Source: an uncultured Clostridia bacterium
Lineage (GTDB): Bacteria; Bacillota; Clostridia; Oscillospirales; Oscillospiraceae
Assembly (NCBI GenBank): GCA_937907715.1
Contig: CALERM010000103.1
Coordinates: 1-38,666, forward strand
Direction: 5' to 3'
DNA: 38,666 nt
A program made the position numbers and the translations under genes. Below the pieces are notes generated by a model that was not told where the DNA came from, did no database searches, and saw only the letters and a list, made by a program, of their open reading frames with translations. Positions within the stretch are counted from its first letter, which is position 1; each line of letters starts with the position of its first letter. This document shows positions 25,274 through 34,324 of this stretch, piece by piece.

Positions 25274-26002
25274 ATGGCATATCAAGCAACCTTTCAGCGC
25301 TATGAGAGCAAATATCTGTTGACGAGACAGCAAAAACACGCGGTTTTGCAGGCGATGCAGCCGTATATGCAATTAGATGCCTACGGGCGCACAACGATAC
25401 GCAATATTTACTATGACACACCGGATTATCGGCTCATTCGCCGATCGCTGGAAAAACCGGTATATAAAGAAAAGCTGCGTATTCGCAGCTATCAGAGAGT
25501 CACACCGAACGATCCGGTGTTTGTGGAATTAAAGAAAAAATATCAGTCGGTCGTATACAAACGCCGACTGACGCTGCCGGAAGCGCAGGTTATGCACAGC
25601 TTTCAAACAGGTCAGCCGCTTCCGGTGCAGTCGCAGATTGCCGAGGAAATTGCGTATTTCCGCGCGTATTACAAAAAGCTGAAACCAGCGGTTTTTCTGT
25701 CCTATGAACGCGAGGCGTTTTACTCGCTGGACGGCAGCGAGTTCCGCGTGACGTTTGACGAAAATATCTTGTATCGGGAACGCGATATTTCGCTGGGCAG
25801 TGCGATTTACGGCACACCGATTTTGTCATGCGGGCAGACGCTGATGGAAATCAAATGCGCAGGCGGTCTGCCGCTGTGGATGTGCCGCGCGCTGCGTAAG
25901 TCGCGCATTTTTCAAACGTCATTCTCCAAGTACGGGAGAGCGTATCAAGAGATCGTATGGCAAAAAACAAAAACACAAGAGGAGTATTCAAATGTTTGCT
26001 AA
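25274..26002 (+). CDS. VTC (polyphosphate polymerase) domain protein
   Basis: FQRYESKY, IRNIYYDT, KEKLRIRSY, FVELKKK, YEREAF, RVTFD, LMEIK, SFSKY; AGGAG RBS before ATG 25274. Confidence 0.88.
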   Translation: MAYQATFQRYESKYLLTRQQKHAVLQAMQPYMQLDAYGRTTIRNIYYDTPDYRLIRRSLEKPVYKEKLRIRSYQRVTPNDPVFVELKKKYQSVVYKRRLTLPEAQVMHSFQTGQPLPVQSQIAEEIAYFRAYYKKLKPAVFLSYEREAFYSLDGSEFRVTFDENILYRERDISLGSAIYGTPILSCGQTLMEIKCAGGLPLWMCRALRKSRIFQTSFSKYGRAYQEIVWQKTKTQEEYSNVC

Positions 26003-26687
26003 AGTATTTCAAGGGATTTTTGACACCGATATGACACAGGTCATTGCCCTGTCGGATTTTCTGCTGTGCGTGTGCAGCGCGCTGGTCATCGGACTGATTT
26101 TGGCGGGGTTCTATATGTACCGCACCAAGTACACGAAGAGCTTTGTCGCCACGCTCGTGCTGCTTCCGGCGGTCGTGTGCGTGGTCATTATGATGGTCAA
26201 TGGCAATGTCGGCACCGGCGTGGCAGTTGCCGGTGCGTTCAGTCTGGTTCGATTCCGTTCGGTGCCCGGCTCCGCGAAGGAAATCGGCGCAATTTTCCTC
26301 GCCATGGGAACCGGCTTGCTTGTCGGAATGGGATATATCGGCTACGCGGTTTTGTGTGCCGTGCTGCTCGGCTTTGTCAGTGCCCTGCTGAACGGCATCG
26401 ACTTTGGCGCCAAGAAGCACGGGGAACTGTACAAAACCCTGCGCATCACGATTCCGGAGGATTTGGACTATACCGATGTCTTTACGCCGATTTTGCAGGA
26501 GTACACATCTGCGCATGAACTGACACAGGTAAAAACAACCAATATGGGCAGTCTGTTCAAGCTCACCTACGATGTGACGCTGCGCCGTGCAGGCGAAGAA
26601 AAGCAGATGCTCGACAAGCTGCGCTGCCGCAACGGCAACTTAGAAATTACGATTTCCAACCAAGAGACCAACACCAGTGTGCTATAA
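25992..26687 (+). CDS. DUF4956 family membrane protein
   Basis: VIMMVNGNVGTGVAVAGAFSLVRFRS, LRITIPEDLDY, LRCRNGNL; usual partner of VTC-domain genes. Confidence 0.88.
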   Translation: MFAKVFQGIFDTDMTQVIALSDFLLCVCSALVIGLILAGFYMYRTKYTKSFVATLVLLPAVVCVVIMMVNGNVGTGVAVAGAFSLVRFRSVPGSAKEIGAIFLAMGTGLLVGMGYIGYAVLCAVLLGFVSALLNGIDFGAKKHGELYKTLRITIPEDLDYTDVFTPILQEYTSAHELTQVKTTNMGSLFKLTYDVTLRRAGEEKQMLDKLRCRNGNLEITISNQETNTSVL

Positions 26688-26703
26688 ATGAGGAGAATCC
26701 GAT

Positions 26704-28326
26704 ATGAAACGAACACGAGCGATGAGCCTGCTGTTAGTCGGCGTTTTGGCGCTGACGGGATGCAGCACAACCGGAACCACCGACACCGGAAGCGCGACAA
26801 CAACCGCGAGCAGCACGAGCACGGCACAAACCCTCTCGACGGCTGACACGACGGAACTGTTCTCCAGCAGAGATCTGGAAGTCGGATATGACGAGGAAAC
26901 CAGCACGAAAATTACGCTTTCCGGTGACAGCGCGTCCAGCGATTCGGACGCGGTACAGGTTGACGGCAGCACGATTACCATCACGGACGAGGGCACTTAT
27001 ATCCTGTCCGGCGCGCTGAATGACGGCCAGATTATCGTCAATGCAGAGGATACAGACAAGGTACAGCTGGTGCTGAACGGCGTCAACATCACAAGCGCCA
27101 CCTCCGCCGCGATTTATGTGGCGCAGGCGGATAAGGTCTTTGTGACAACGGCGTCCGGCTCGGAAAATACGCTGACAAATGGCGGTGAATATATCGCTAT
27201 AGACGACAATAACATTGATTCTGTGATTTTCTCTAAATCCGACTTAACGCTAAATGGAGAAGGTTCGCTGACGATTGACGCCAAGGCAGGACACGGCATC
27301 GTATCAAAGGACGATCTGGTTTTGACCAGCGGAACCTATACGATTACCGCGGCAAGTCAGGGCATTTCCGGCAAGGACAGCGTGTGCATTGCGGACGGCA
27401 CCTACAAGATTACCTCCGGAAAAGACGCTATCCATGCGGAAAACACAGACGATGCAAACAAGGGATTTGTCTATATTGCAGGCGGCACGTTTACCGTGCA
27501 GGCGGACGGGGACGGCATCAGTGCGAGCGCATCTGTGCAGATTGATGACGGCAAGTTCTCCATCACGACCGGCGAGGGCAGCGCGAGCGCGACCAGGAAA
27601 ACCGAGCAGATGGGCGACCCGAGACAGCAGGATCAGACCCAAACAGAAAACACCGATACCGACACGGATTCGACCAGCCAGAAGGGCATCAAATCCGGCA
27701 CGACCTTGACCATCAACGGCGGTACCTTTGAGACGGATACCGTGGACGATTCGATTCACGCGGGCGGCGATATTGCTGTGACAGACGGCACGTTTACGCT
27801 GAAAACCGGCGATGATGCGATGCATTCTGACGCTAATGTGACGATTCAGGGCGGCGCGTTCTCTATCCCAACTTGCTATGAGGGCATCGAGGGCTTGACC
27901 GTGACCATAGACGATGGCACGTTTGACATTACGGCAAATGATGACGGCATCAATGCCGCGGATGGCTCCGCGACCAGCAATCGACCGGGCGAAGCCAACG
28001 ACAATTGCGCGATTACCGTCAACGGCGGCGAGTTTACGATTGTCTCGGACGGCGACTGTTTGGACTCCAACGGCGCACTGACGATTGCGGGCGGTACGCT
28101 CAATCTGACCTGCAACGGAAACGGAAATACCGCGCTGGACTGTGACGGAACATATACCCATACCGGCGGTTCGGTCACGACAAATGACGGCTCGGAGGAG
28201 AACCCGAATGAGATGGGCGGCGGCGGTCAGGGCGCGCCGAACCATCAAAACGGACAGGGCGGCCCGAACGGCGGCAATCCGCCGAGCGATGGACAAATCC
28301 AACAGAAAGACGGTGAAACCACATGA
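26704..28326 (+). CDS. Cthe_2159/DUF4353-like carbohydrate-binding beta-helix lipoprotein
   Basis: Lipobox LTGC; GTYILSG, LVLNGVNIT, repeated DGI/DAIH-x-ITGG coils; G/P/N-rich tail. Confidence 0.85.
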   Translation: MKRTRAMSLLLVGVLALTGCSTTGTTDTGSATTTASSTSTAQTLSTADTTELFSSRDLEVGYDEETSTKITLSGDSASSDSDAVQVDGSTITITDEGTYILSGALNDGQIIVNAEDTDKVQLVLNGVNITSATSAAIYVAQADKVFVTTASGSENTLTNGGEYIAIDDNNIDSVIFSKSDLTLNGEGSLTIDAKAGHGIVSKDDLVLTSGTYTITAASQGISGKDSVCIADGTYKITSGKDAIHAENTDDANKGFVYIAGGTFTVQADGDGISASASVQIDDGKFSITTGEGSASATRKTEQMGDPRQQDQTQTENTDTDTDSTSQKGIKSGTTLTINGGTFETDTVDDSIHAGGDIAVTDGTFTLKTGDDAMHSDANVTIQGGAFSIPTCYEGIEGLTVTIDDGTFDITANDDGINAADGSATSNRPGEANDNCAITVNGGEFTIVSDGDCLDSNGALTIAGGTLNLTCNGNGNTALDCDGTYTHTGGSVTTNDGSEENPNEMGGGGQGAPNHQNGQGGPNGGNPPSDGQIQQKDGETT

Positions 28327-29366
28327 AAACCAGATGGATCGCGCTGATTCCGGCATACGAACCGACAGAGATACTTTGCCAATTGCTGGAACAGGCAAAA
28401 CAAGCGGGTTTTACGCTGATTGTTGTCGATGACGGCAGCAGTCCGGCGGCCAAGCCGATTTTTGCGCAGGCATCCCAATATGCAACGGTACTCCAGCACG
28501 AGCAGAACAGGGGAAAGGGCTGTGCGCTCAAAACCGGATTCACCTACATTCGCAACAACTATCCCGCATCCAGCATCGTCGTGACGCTGGATGCGGACGG
28601 ACAGCACCGCATTGCGGACGCGCAGCGCATCTGCCGCACGGCGGAGCAGCATCCGGACACCCTCGTGCTGGGCAGCCGGATGTTCAAAGAAAATGTTCCC
28701 CTGCGCAGTTTATTGGGAAATACGACAACACGTCTGGTGTATCATATTACCACAGGACAGAAGATACAGGACACCCAGACCGGCCTGCGCGCGTGCAGCG
28801 CAAAATTACTGCCCACGCTTTTAGAGATACCCGGGCAGCGGTATGAGTATGAGATGAATGTCCTACTGACTTGCTCCAAGGCAGGCATTCCGATTCGAGA
28901 GGTGGAGATTGAAACGATTTATATTGACGACAACGCAGGCTCACATTTTGACACGGTAAAGGACTCCTGCCGCATCTACAAGGAAATTTTAAAGTTTTCC
29001 GCGTCCTCGCTGACCAGCTTCTGTCTGGACTACGGATTGTACAGTATTTTGTCCGCGCTGACTTCCAGCATTGTGGTATCCAATATCGCCGCGCGCGTGG
29101 TCAGCGCATCGGTGAATTACACGATGAATCGTCGGTTGGTGTTCAAGAGCCAGTCGCATGTGGTGCAGTCCGCCGTGCAGTATGCCGTACTTGCGAGCTT
29201 GATTCTGCTCGGCAATACGGTTGTGCTCAGTCTGCTCATTCACTCGCTGGGCATGAACCGGTATCTCGCCAAATTATTGACAGAAATCCTGTTTTTCTGC
29301 ACGAGCTGGCTGGTACAGCGCAAAATTATCTTCCGCACCAAAAAGCCGATCGAAGGGAAGGGATGA
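28323..29366 (+). CDS. bifunctional glycosyltransferase family 2 / GtrA protein
   Basis: LIPAYEP, VVDDGS, NRGKGCALK, TLDADGQH, DTQTGLR; C-terminal four-TM GtrA region. Confidence 0.92.
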   Translation: MKTRWIALIPAYEPTEILCQLLEQAKQAGFTLIVVDDGSSPAAKPIFAQASQYATVLQHEQNRGKGCALKTGFTYIRNNYPASSIVVTLDADGQHRIADAQRICRTAEQHPDTLVLGSRMFKENVPLRSLLGNTTTRLVYHITTGQKIQDTQTGLRACSAKLLPTLLEIPGQRYEYEMNVLLTCSKAGIPIREVEIETIYIDDNAGSHFDTVKDSCRIYKEILKFSASSLTSFCLDYGLYSILSALTSSIVVSNIAARVVSASVNYTMNRRLVFKSQSHVVQSAVQYAVLASLILLGNTVVLSLLIHSLGMNRYLAKLLTEILFFCTSWLVQRKIIFRTKKPIEGKG

Positions 29367-29370
29367 GCGC

Positions 29371-30261
29371 ATGTTTTTCAAACGGCATTGGTGGGCGATC
29401 GTCTACACCTTGGCTTTGCTTGGGTTTACGGGTTATCTCGCGGTCGATACGTTTGCCATTTCGCGCGTGTACACGGTTGTGGAGGACACAGAACAGAACA
29501 CGGAAAAATCGTCAAGTTCTGACAATGTGGTATCTACGCAGACCGCATACAGCGATGACAACATCACGATTTCTCTGACGGAATACCGCGAATACGACAC
29601 GTCGATTTACGTGGCGGATGTGCAGGTTTCCTCGCCGGAATACCTGAAAACCGCGCTCGCACAAAACGCCTACGGGCGCAATGTGACGGAAAAAACCTCA
29701 GAGATGGCGGAGGACAACAACGCGATCCTCGCCATTAACGGCGATTACTACGGCGCACAGGAGAGCGGCTACGTCATCCGCAACGGCGTGATATACCGTG
29801 ATACCGCATCGGACGGACAGGAGGATCTGGTGGTCTATCAGGACGGCAGTCTCGGCATCATTCAGGAGGACGAAATCACCGCGCAGGAGCTGCTGGACAA
29901 CGGCGCGCAGCAGGTGCTGTCGTTTGGTCCCGATTTGCTGGAAAACAGCACGATTTCCGTCTCTCAGAGCGATGAAGTCGGCAAGGCAAAGGCGAGTAAT
30001 CCGCGCACTGCGATTGGCATGATTGACGATTTACACTATGTATTCGTGGTTTCGGACGGCAGAACCAGTGAGAGCACCGGCTTGTCATTATACCAAATGG
30101 CAGAATTTATGCAGAGTCTCGGCGCGGAAACCGCGTACAATCTGGACGGCGGCGGCTCGTCCACCATGTATTTTAACGGCAAAGTGGTCAACAATCCGAC
30201 CACGAACGGCAAAAATATACAGGAGAGGAGCGTGAGCGACATTGTGTACATCGGCGAATAA
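29371..30261 (+). CDS. phosphodiester glycosidase (NAGPA-domain) family protein
   Basis: AINGDYY, SFGP, NPRTAIG, VSDGR, AYNLDGGGSS. Confidence 0.9.
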   Translation: MFFKRHWWAIVYTLALLGFTGYLAVDTFAISRVYTVVEDTEQNTEKSSSSDNVVSTQTAYSDDNITISLTEYREYDTSIYVADVQVSSPEYLKTALAQNAYGRNVTEKTSEMAEDNNAILAINGDYYGAQESGYVIRNGVIYRDTASDGQEDLVVYQDGSLGIIQEDEITAQELLDNGAQQVLSFGPDLLENSTISVSQSDEVGKAKASNPRTAIGMIDDLHYVFVVSDGRTSESTGLSLYQMAEFMQSLGAETAYNLDGGGSSTMYFNGKVVNNPTTNGKNIQERSVSDIVYIGE

Positions 30262-30649
30262 GCAAACACGAAAAACCATCACAAAAACAGCATTTGTGTA
30301 TTTGATCGTCTCGATTGTCTGTGCGGCGTTCGGCGCGATTTATGAGCTGTTCAGCCATGAGGTCTATTCGTATTTTATGCTTTATGCGTTTTTATTTCCG
30401 CTGATCGGCGGCACGCTCCCGTTTTTTGTTCTGGCGTGCTCGCGCGTCCGCCTGCCGGACGAAATCGCCTGTAAATTGTACCATGCGGGCATCGCCGCGC
30501 TGACCGTCGGCAGCCTGTTCACCGGCGTGCTGGAGATTTACGGCACGACCAACCGCCTGACGGCGGTGTATTGGATTGTCGGTGCGGTGCTGGTTATGGG
30601 TGGCGTGGGGAAGTATCTATTTTCTCTGCGCGGCGCGGCAGAAACCTGA
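30242..30649 (+). CDS. hypothetical membrane protein
   Basis: Four hydrophobic segments (YELFSHEVYS, GVLEIYGT); overlaps the previous stop; TTG start uncertain. Confidence 0.7.
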   Translation: MCTSANKQTRKTITKTAFVYLIVSIVCAAFGAIYELFSHEVYSYFMLYAFLFPLIGGTLPFFVLACSRVRLPDEIACKLYHAGIAALTVGSLFTGVLEIYGTTNRLTAVYWIVGAVLVMGGVGKYLFSLRGAAET

Positions 30650-30721
30650 GTTAACGCTATTGTCCCGTTCGGTGCGGTGTGATAGAATAACAGAGAAAAC
30701 CGAAACAGGGAGACGAATGGC

Positions 30722-30922
30722 ATGAACATTCGATATGCAACAACCGAAGATATTGCCGCCATTGCCGACGCAAAACAGCAGGGCAGACGTGGTCTTGTCC
30801 TGACCTGCAAGGAAAGACTCATTCCGTATTATGCGAAATTGGGATTTTCCGATGAGGACGTGTCCGAGAAATCCACGCACGGAAACGTCACGTGGCATCA
30901 GATGCGGCTGGCGTTTTCATAA
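30722..30922 (+). pseudogene. GNAT acetyltransferase with an internal in-frame deletion
   Basis: GNAT N-terminus MNIRYATTEDIAAIA joined directly to the C-terminus DAKQQGRRGLVLTCKERLIPYYAKLGF; 66 aa, acetyl-CoA motif A missing. Confidence 0.7.
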
Positions 30923-30931
30923 ACAAGCGCG

Positions 30932-30976
30932 AAACCCCACCGGTGACATTTCGTCATGTCATTGGTGGGGTTCTTT
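30932..30976. terminator. intrinsic terminator
   Basis: AACCCCACCGGTGACAT / ATGTCATTGGTGGGGTT. Confidence 0.7.
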
Positions 30977-31077
30977 GTCTAACAACTTTGATGCTATTAT
31001 CATAGCGAAAGAGACGGGAAGTGGGAAGAACAGAACGCGCCATGGTATTGGCAATTCGCGCCAAGAGGGAAAACCGG

Positions 31078-31950
31078 TCACCGCTGCTTTCGATACATGC
31101 TCGGTGTCAGACCGGTTTTTTCTCGAAAGCATTTGCCAAAATGGCTGAGATGGGGAAAACCGACCTCTGCGGCAATGGTGCTGATGGAATCGTTGGTGGT
31201 GCGCAGGCGTTCTGCCGCCTGTGACAGCCGGTATTCGTTGAGGTATTGATACGGCGTGGTGTGCAGGACGGTTTTGAAGCAGCGCAGGCACTCGGATTTG
31301 CTTACATTTGCGCTTTCTGCGAGCGCGGACAGCGACAGCTTTTCCCCGAAATGCCGGGCGATATATTGCAAGAACACATGCATTCGCTGCTCCGCAATGC
31401 TGTGCCGTGTCGGTGTGTGCGGCGTCTGGATGATTTGACACAGCGCCAGCCATAGCTCGCATACAGTTGTCAAAACCGTATAGGGATATGCTGCGGACTT
31501 TTCTTCCCGTTCGAGTCGGGACAGCTTTTGCAAAACATGCAGCACCGCTTGATTGCCCTCGGTACAAAAAATGGGATAGAGAGGCAGTGCCGCACAGCTC
31601 GTGATCTGCTCGACAAAGCGCTCTGCCGGACTGCCGGCGTAAAATGTGAGAAAATGATCCGGAAAAATAAAGCTGTTGTAATGACAACGATTGGTCTGCT
31701 TGACCAAATGGACGACATTTTTGTTGATAAAGATGCCGTCGCCTGCTTGCAATGTCTGCTGATCGTCCAGCGTGACCACTTGAATTTCTCCGGACAGCAC
31801 ATAGATAAACTGTAAATCCTCATGCCAATGCATGACCTGAAAGCCGGGATTGCGCGGATAGCTTTGGTCGTTGATGACATCCAGCACCAAATAGGGGAAA
31901 TTGGTTTCCTGGTTGAGATTAACCGATTGTATATATGTTTGCTGATTCAT
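31078..31950 (-). CDS. AraC family transcriptional regulator
   Basis: Cupin MHWHEDLQF; HTH LSALAESANVSKSECLRCFK...IAAEVGF...FGKCFREKTGLTPSMYR. Confidence 0.93.
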   Translation of the reverse strand: MNQQTYIQSVNLNQETNFPYLVLDVINDQSYPRNPGFQVMHWHEDLQFIYVLSGEIQVVTLDDQQTLQAGDGIFINKNVVHLVKQTNRCHYNSFIFPDHFLTFYAGSPAERFVEQITSCAALPLYPIFCTEGNQAVLHVLQKLSRLEREEKSAAYPYTVLTTVCELWLALCQIIQTPHTPTRHSIAEQRMHVFLQYIARHFGEKLSLSALAESANVSKSECLRCFKTVLHTTPYQYLNEYRLSQAAERLRTTNDSISTIAAEVGFPHLSHFGKCFREKTGLTPSMYRKQR

Positions 31951-32060
31951 AGAAACATCCGCCTTTTTGCATCTATTATGATAGTTCTTGGAGATTTATG
32001 GATAGTATTGCCAAAATCTATGCGATATAATGATACCATCATCACAAAGGAGAATGCAAG

Positions 32061-32414
32061 ATGGCAGATATTATTGTATTATTTGAAGTCAAGCCGACCA
32101 AGGCAGGAATGAAAAAATATTTGGATCTCGCAGCCATGCTGAAGCCGATGCTGGCTGGATTTGAGGGATTTATTCGCGCAGAACGCTTTTCCAGCCTCAA
32201 CGAGGAGGGAAAGCTGCTGTCTCTCAACGTTTGGACGGATGAAGCGGCGGTTGCGCGCTGGCGCAATGTCATGCAGCACCGCATGAGCCAAAAAGAGGGT
32301 AGGGAAGTGCTGTTTGAGAGCTATCAAATCACAGTTTGCTCTGCCATTCGCTGCTATACGGACAAGGATCGGGAGCAGGCGCCGGATGATTCCAACGCTT
32401 TTTTTGAGGGCTGA
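32061..32414 (+). CDS. antibiotic biosynthesis monooxygenase (ABM) domain protein
   Basis: VLFEV, FEGFIRAERFSS, KLLSLNVW, WRNVMQHRMSQKEGR. Confidence 0.85.
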   Translation: MADIIVLFEVKPTKAGMKKYLDLAAMLKPMLAGFEGFIRAERFSSLNEEGKLLSLNVWTDEAAVARWRNVMQHRMSQKEGREVLFESYQITVCSAIRCYTDKDREQAPDDSNAFFEG

Positions 32415-33625
32415 TGGGGATGTACGATTTTACTACGATGCTGGACAGGCGCGGCCATGATGCCATCGCTGTCGATTTACAGGAAAACAATTTTTGGGCG
32501 CTGCCGCAGGGAGAAACCAAACCGGCATTTGACAAAATTTCCATGTGGATTGCCGACATGAATTTTCCGACGGCGCCCTGTGTCACGGAGCGCATCATCC
32601 AGCGCGCTGCGCACCCGATTTATGGCTATTTCGTCCCGTCGGAGGAATATAATACGGCTATTTTGACCTGGCAACGGGAGTCGTTTGGCGTCACAGAGCT
32701 ATCCGAACGACACATCGGATACGAAAACGGCGTACTGGGCGGCATTACCAGCGCCTTGCAGGTTCTCAATCCGGCACACGGCCCGGTGCTGGTGCACAGC
32801 CCGACCTATACCGGATTTACCACGCAGCTGGAACGCAACGGCTATCCGATTGTGGGCAGTCCGCTGCGCGAGGACACAGACGGCGTACTGCGCATGGATT
32901 ATGACGATATGGAACAAAAGATCCAAACGATGCACATTCACACCGTGCTGCTTTGCTCTCCGCACAACCCGAGCGGCCGCGTCTGGAAGCGTTGGGAGCT
33001 GGAGCGCGCCATGGAGCTGTTCCGTCAGTATGATGTCCAAGTGATTTCCGATGAAATCTGGTCTGATTTGACGCTGTTCGGCAATCAGCACATCCCGACC
33101 CAGTCTATTTCAGACGATGCTAGACAGCGCACCATTGCGTTTTATGCGCCGTCCAAAACATTCAATCTCGCCGGATTGGTGGGAAGCTATCACATTGTAT
33201 ATAATCCGAGACTGGCGGATCAATTGCGCCAATACGAGGAAAAATGCCATTACAATGACATGAATGTGCTGTCTATGCACGCCTTGATTGGCGCGTATTC
33301 TGCCGAAGGGCGCGCATGGATGCAGGAGCTCAAGCGCGTTTTAGAGACCAATATCCAGCTGGCGCATACCTTTTTTCAAGAACAGGTGCAGGGCGTAACC
33401 CTGCGGAAGCCGGAGGGAACGTATGTCATTGTGCCGGATTTTGCCGACTGGTGTGCACAAAACGCAACATCGCTGGATACTCTGCTGCGGGCAGGCGTCG
33501 AGGTCGGCGTGCTGTGGCGCGATGGACGGCAATTTCATATTCCGTATGGCATTCGCATGGCGCTCGGCTTACCGACAGCAAAACTGCAGGAAGCCTTGCA
33601 GCGCCTGAAAACCTATGTGTTATAA
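32414..33625 (+). CDS. MalY/PatB family PLP-dependent C-S lyase
   Basis: MWIADMNF, LCSPHNPSGRVW, ISDEIW, APSKTFNLAG, PEGTY. Confidence 0.92.
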   Translation: MGMYDFTTMLDRRGHDAIAVDLQENNFWALPQGETKPAFDKISMWIADMNFPTAPCVTERIIQRAAHPIYGYFVPSEEYNTAILTWQRESFGVTELSERHIGYENGVLGGITSALQVLNPAHGPVLVHSPTYTGFTTQLERNGYPIVGSPLREDTDGVLRMDYDDMEQKIQTMHIHTVLLCSPHNPSGRVWKRWELERAMELFRQYDVQVISDEIWSDLTLFGNQHIPTQSISDDARQRTIAFYAPSKTFNLAGLVGSYHIVYNPRLADQLRQYEEKCHYNDMNVLSMHALIGAYSAEGRAWMQELKRVLETNIQLAHTFFQEQVQGVTLRKPEGTYVIVPDFADWCAQNATSLDTLLRAGVEVGVLWRDGRQFHIPYGIRMALGLPTAKLQEALQRLKTYVL

Positions 33626-33640
33626 GGGGAGGATAGGGAA

Positions 33641-34174
33641 ATGGTATACACCTGTCGTTACATGTCACCGTTGGGAGGAATTTTTCTGGCGGCAGACGAC
33701 ATCGGGCTGACAGGTCTGTGGTTTGACGGAGAAAAATACTTTGCCGAAAATCTTCCGACAGAGCATATCGAACGAGAAACGCCGATTCTCACCGCGACAA
33801 AGCGTTGGCTGGATGTGTATTTTACCGGCAAAGAACCGGATGTTCTGCCGCCGCTGCATCCCATCGGTTCTGCGTTTCGGCAGGAGGTTTGGCAGATTCT
33901 GTTGCAAATTCCTTACGGAAAAACCACGACTTATGGAGAAATTGCGCGGCAGATAGCAAAAAAACGCCGCCTGATCCGCATGTCTGCACAAGCGGTCGGC
34001 GGCGCGGTCGGACACAATGAAATTTCGATTCTCATCCCGTGTCATCGTGTCGTCGGCACAAACGGCAGCCTGACCGGATACGCCGGAGGAATGGAGAAAA
34101 AGGTGCGGCTGCTGCAATTGGAACACGCGGATATGCACCGTTTGTTCGTTCCGACAACGGGAACGGCATTTTGA
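33641..34174 (+). CDS. ogt: methylated-DNA-protein-cysteine methyltransferase
   Basis: QIPYGKTTTYGEIA, AQAVGGAVG, IPCHRVVG, LTGYAGG. Confidence 0.93.
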   Translation: MVYTCRYMSPLGGIFLAADDIGLTGLWFDGEKYFAENLPTEHIERETPILTATKRWLDVYFTGKEPDVLPPLHPIGSAFRQEVWQILLQIPYGKTTTYGEIARQIAKKRRLIRMSAQAVGGAVGHNEISILIPCHRVVGTNGSLTGYAGGMEKKVRLLQLEHADMHRLFVPTTGTAF

Positions 34175-34237
34175 TTTTACTGAACAAAATAATGTTTTTG
34201 TTCAGTAACGAACACAGAGAGTAAAAACGCCCCCTCG

Positions 34238-34295
34238 AATTATACCCATTATCCCTTGCGTAATATGGGTATAATTGGGTATAATTGGGTATAAT
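34238..34295 (+). promoter_or_regulatory. promoter/operator: (TGGGTATAAT)x3 plus an inverted copy
   Basis: Tandem 34266-34295; IR AATTATACCCAT (34238-34249) / ATGGGTATAATT (34265-34276); TTGCGT-18-TATAAT. Confidence 0.7.
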
Positions 34296-34324
34296 AGATA
34301 CAGTATCAGCGAGGAGGTTTTGTC

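Noticed and set aside
27304..28398. 364-aa minus-strand ORF
   Set aside because: Antisense shadow of the Cthe_2159-like gene
30990..31075. possible gene remnant (YYHSERDGKWEEQNAPWYWQF)
   Set aside because: Too short, no start codon, and cannot be supported without a homology search
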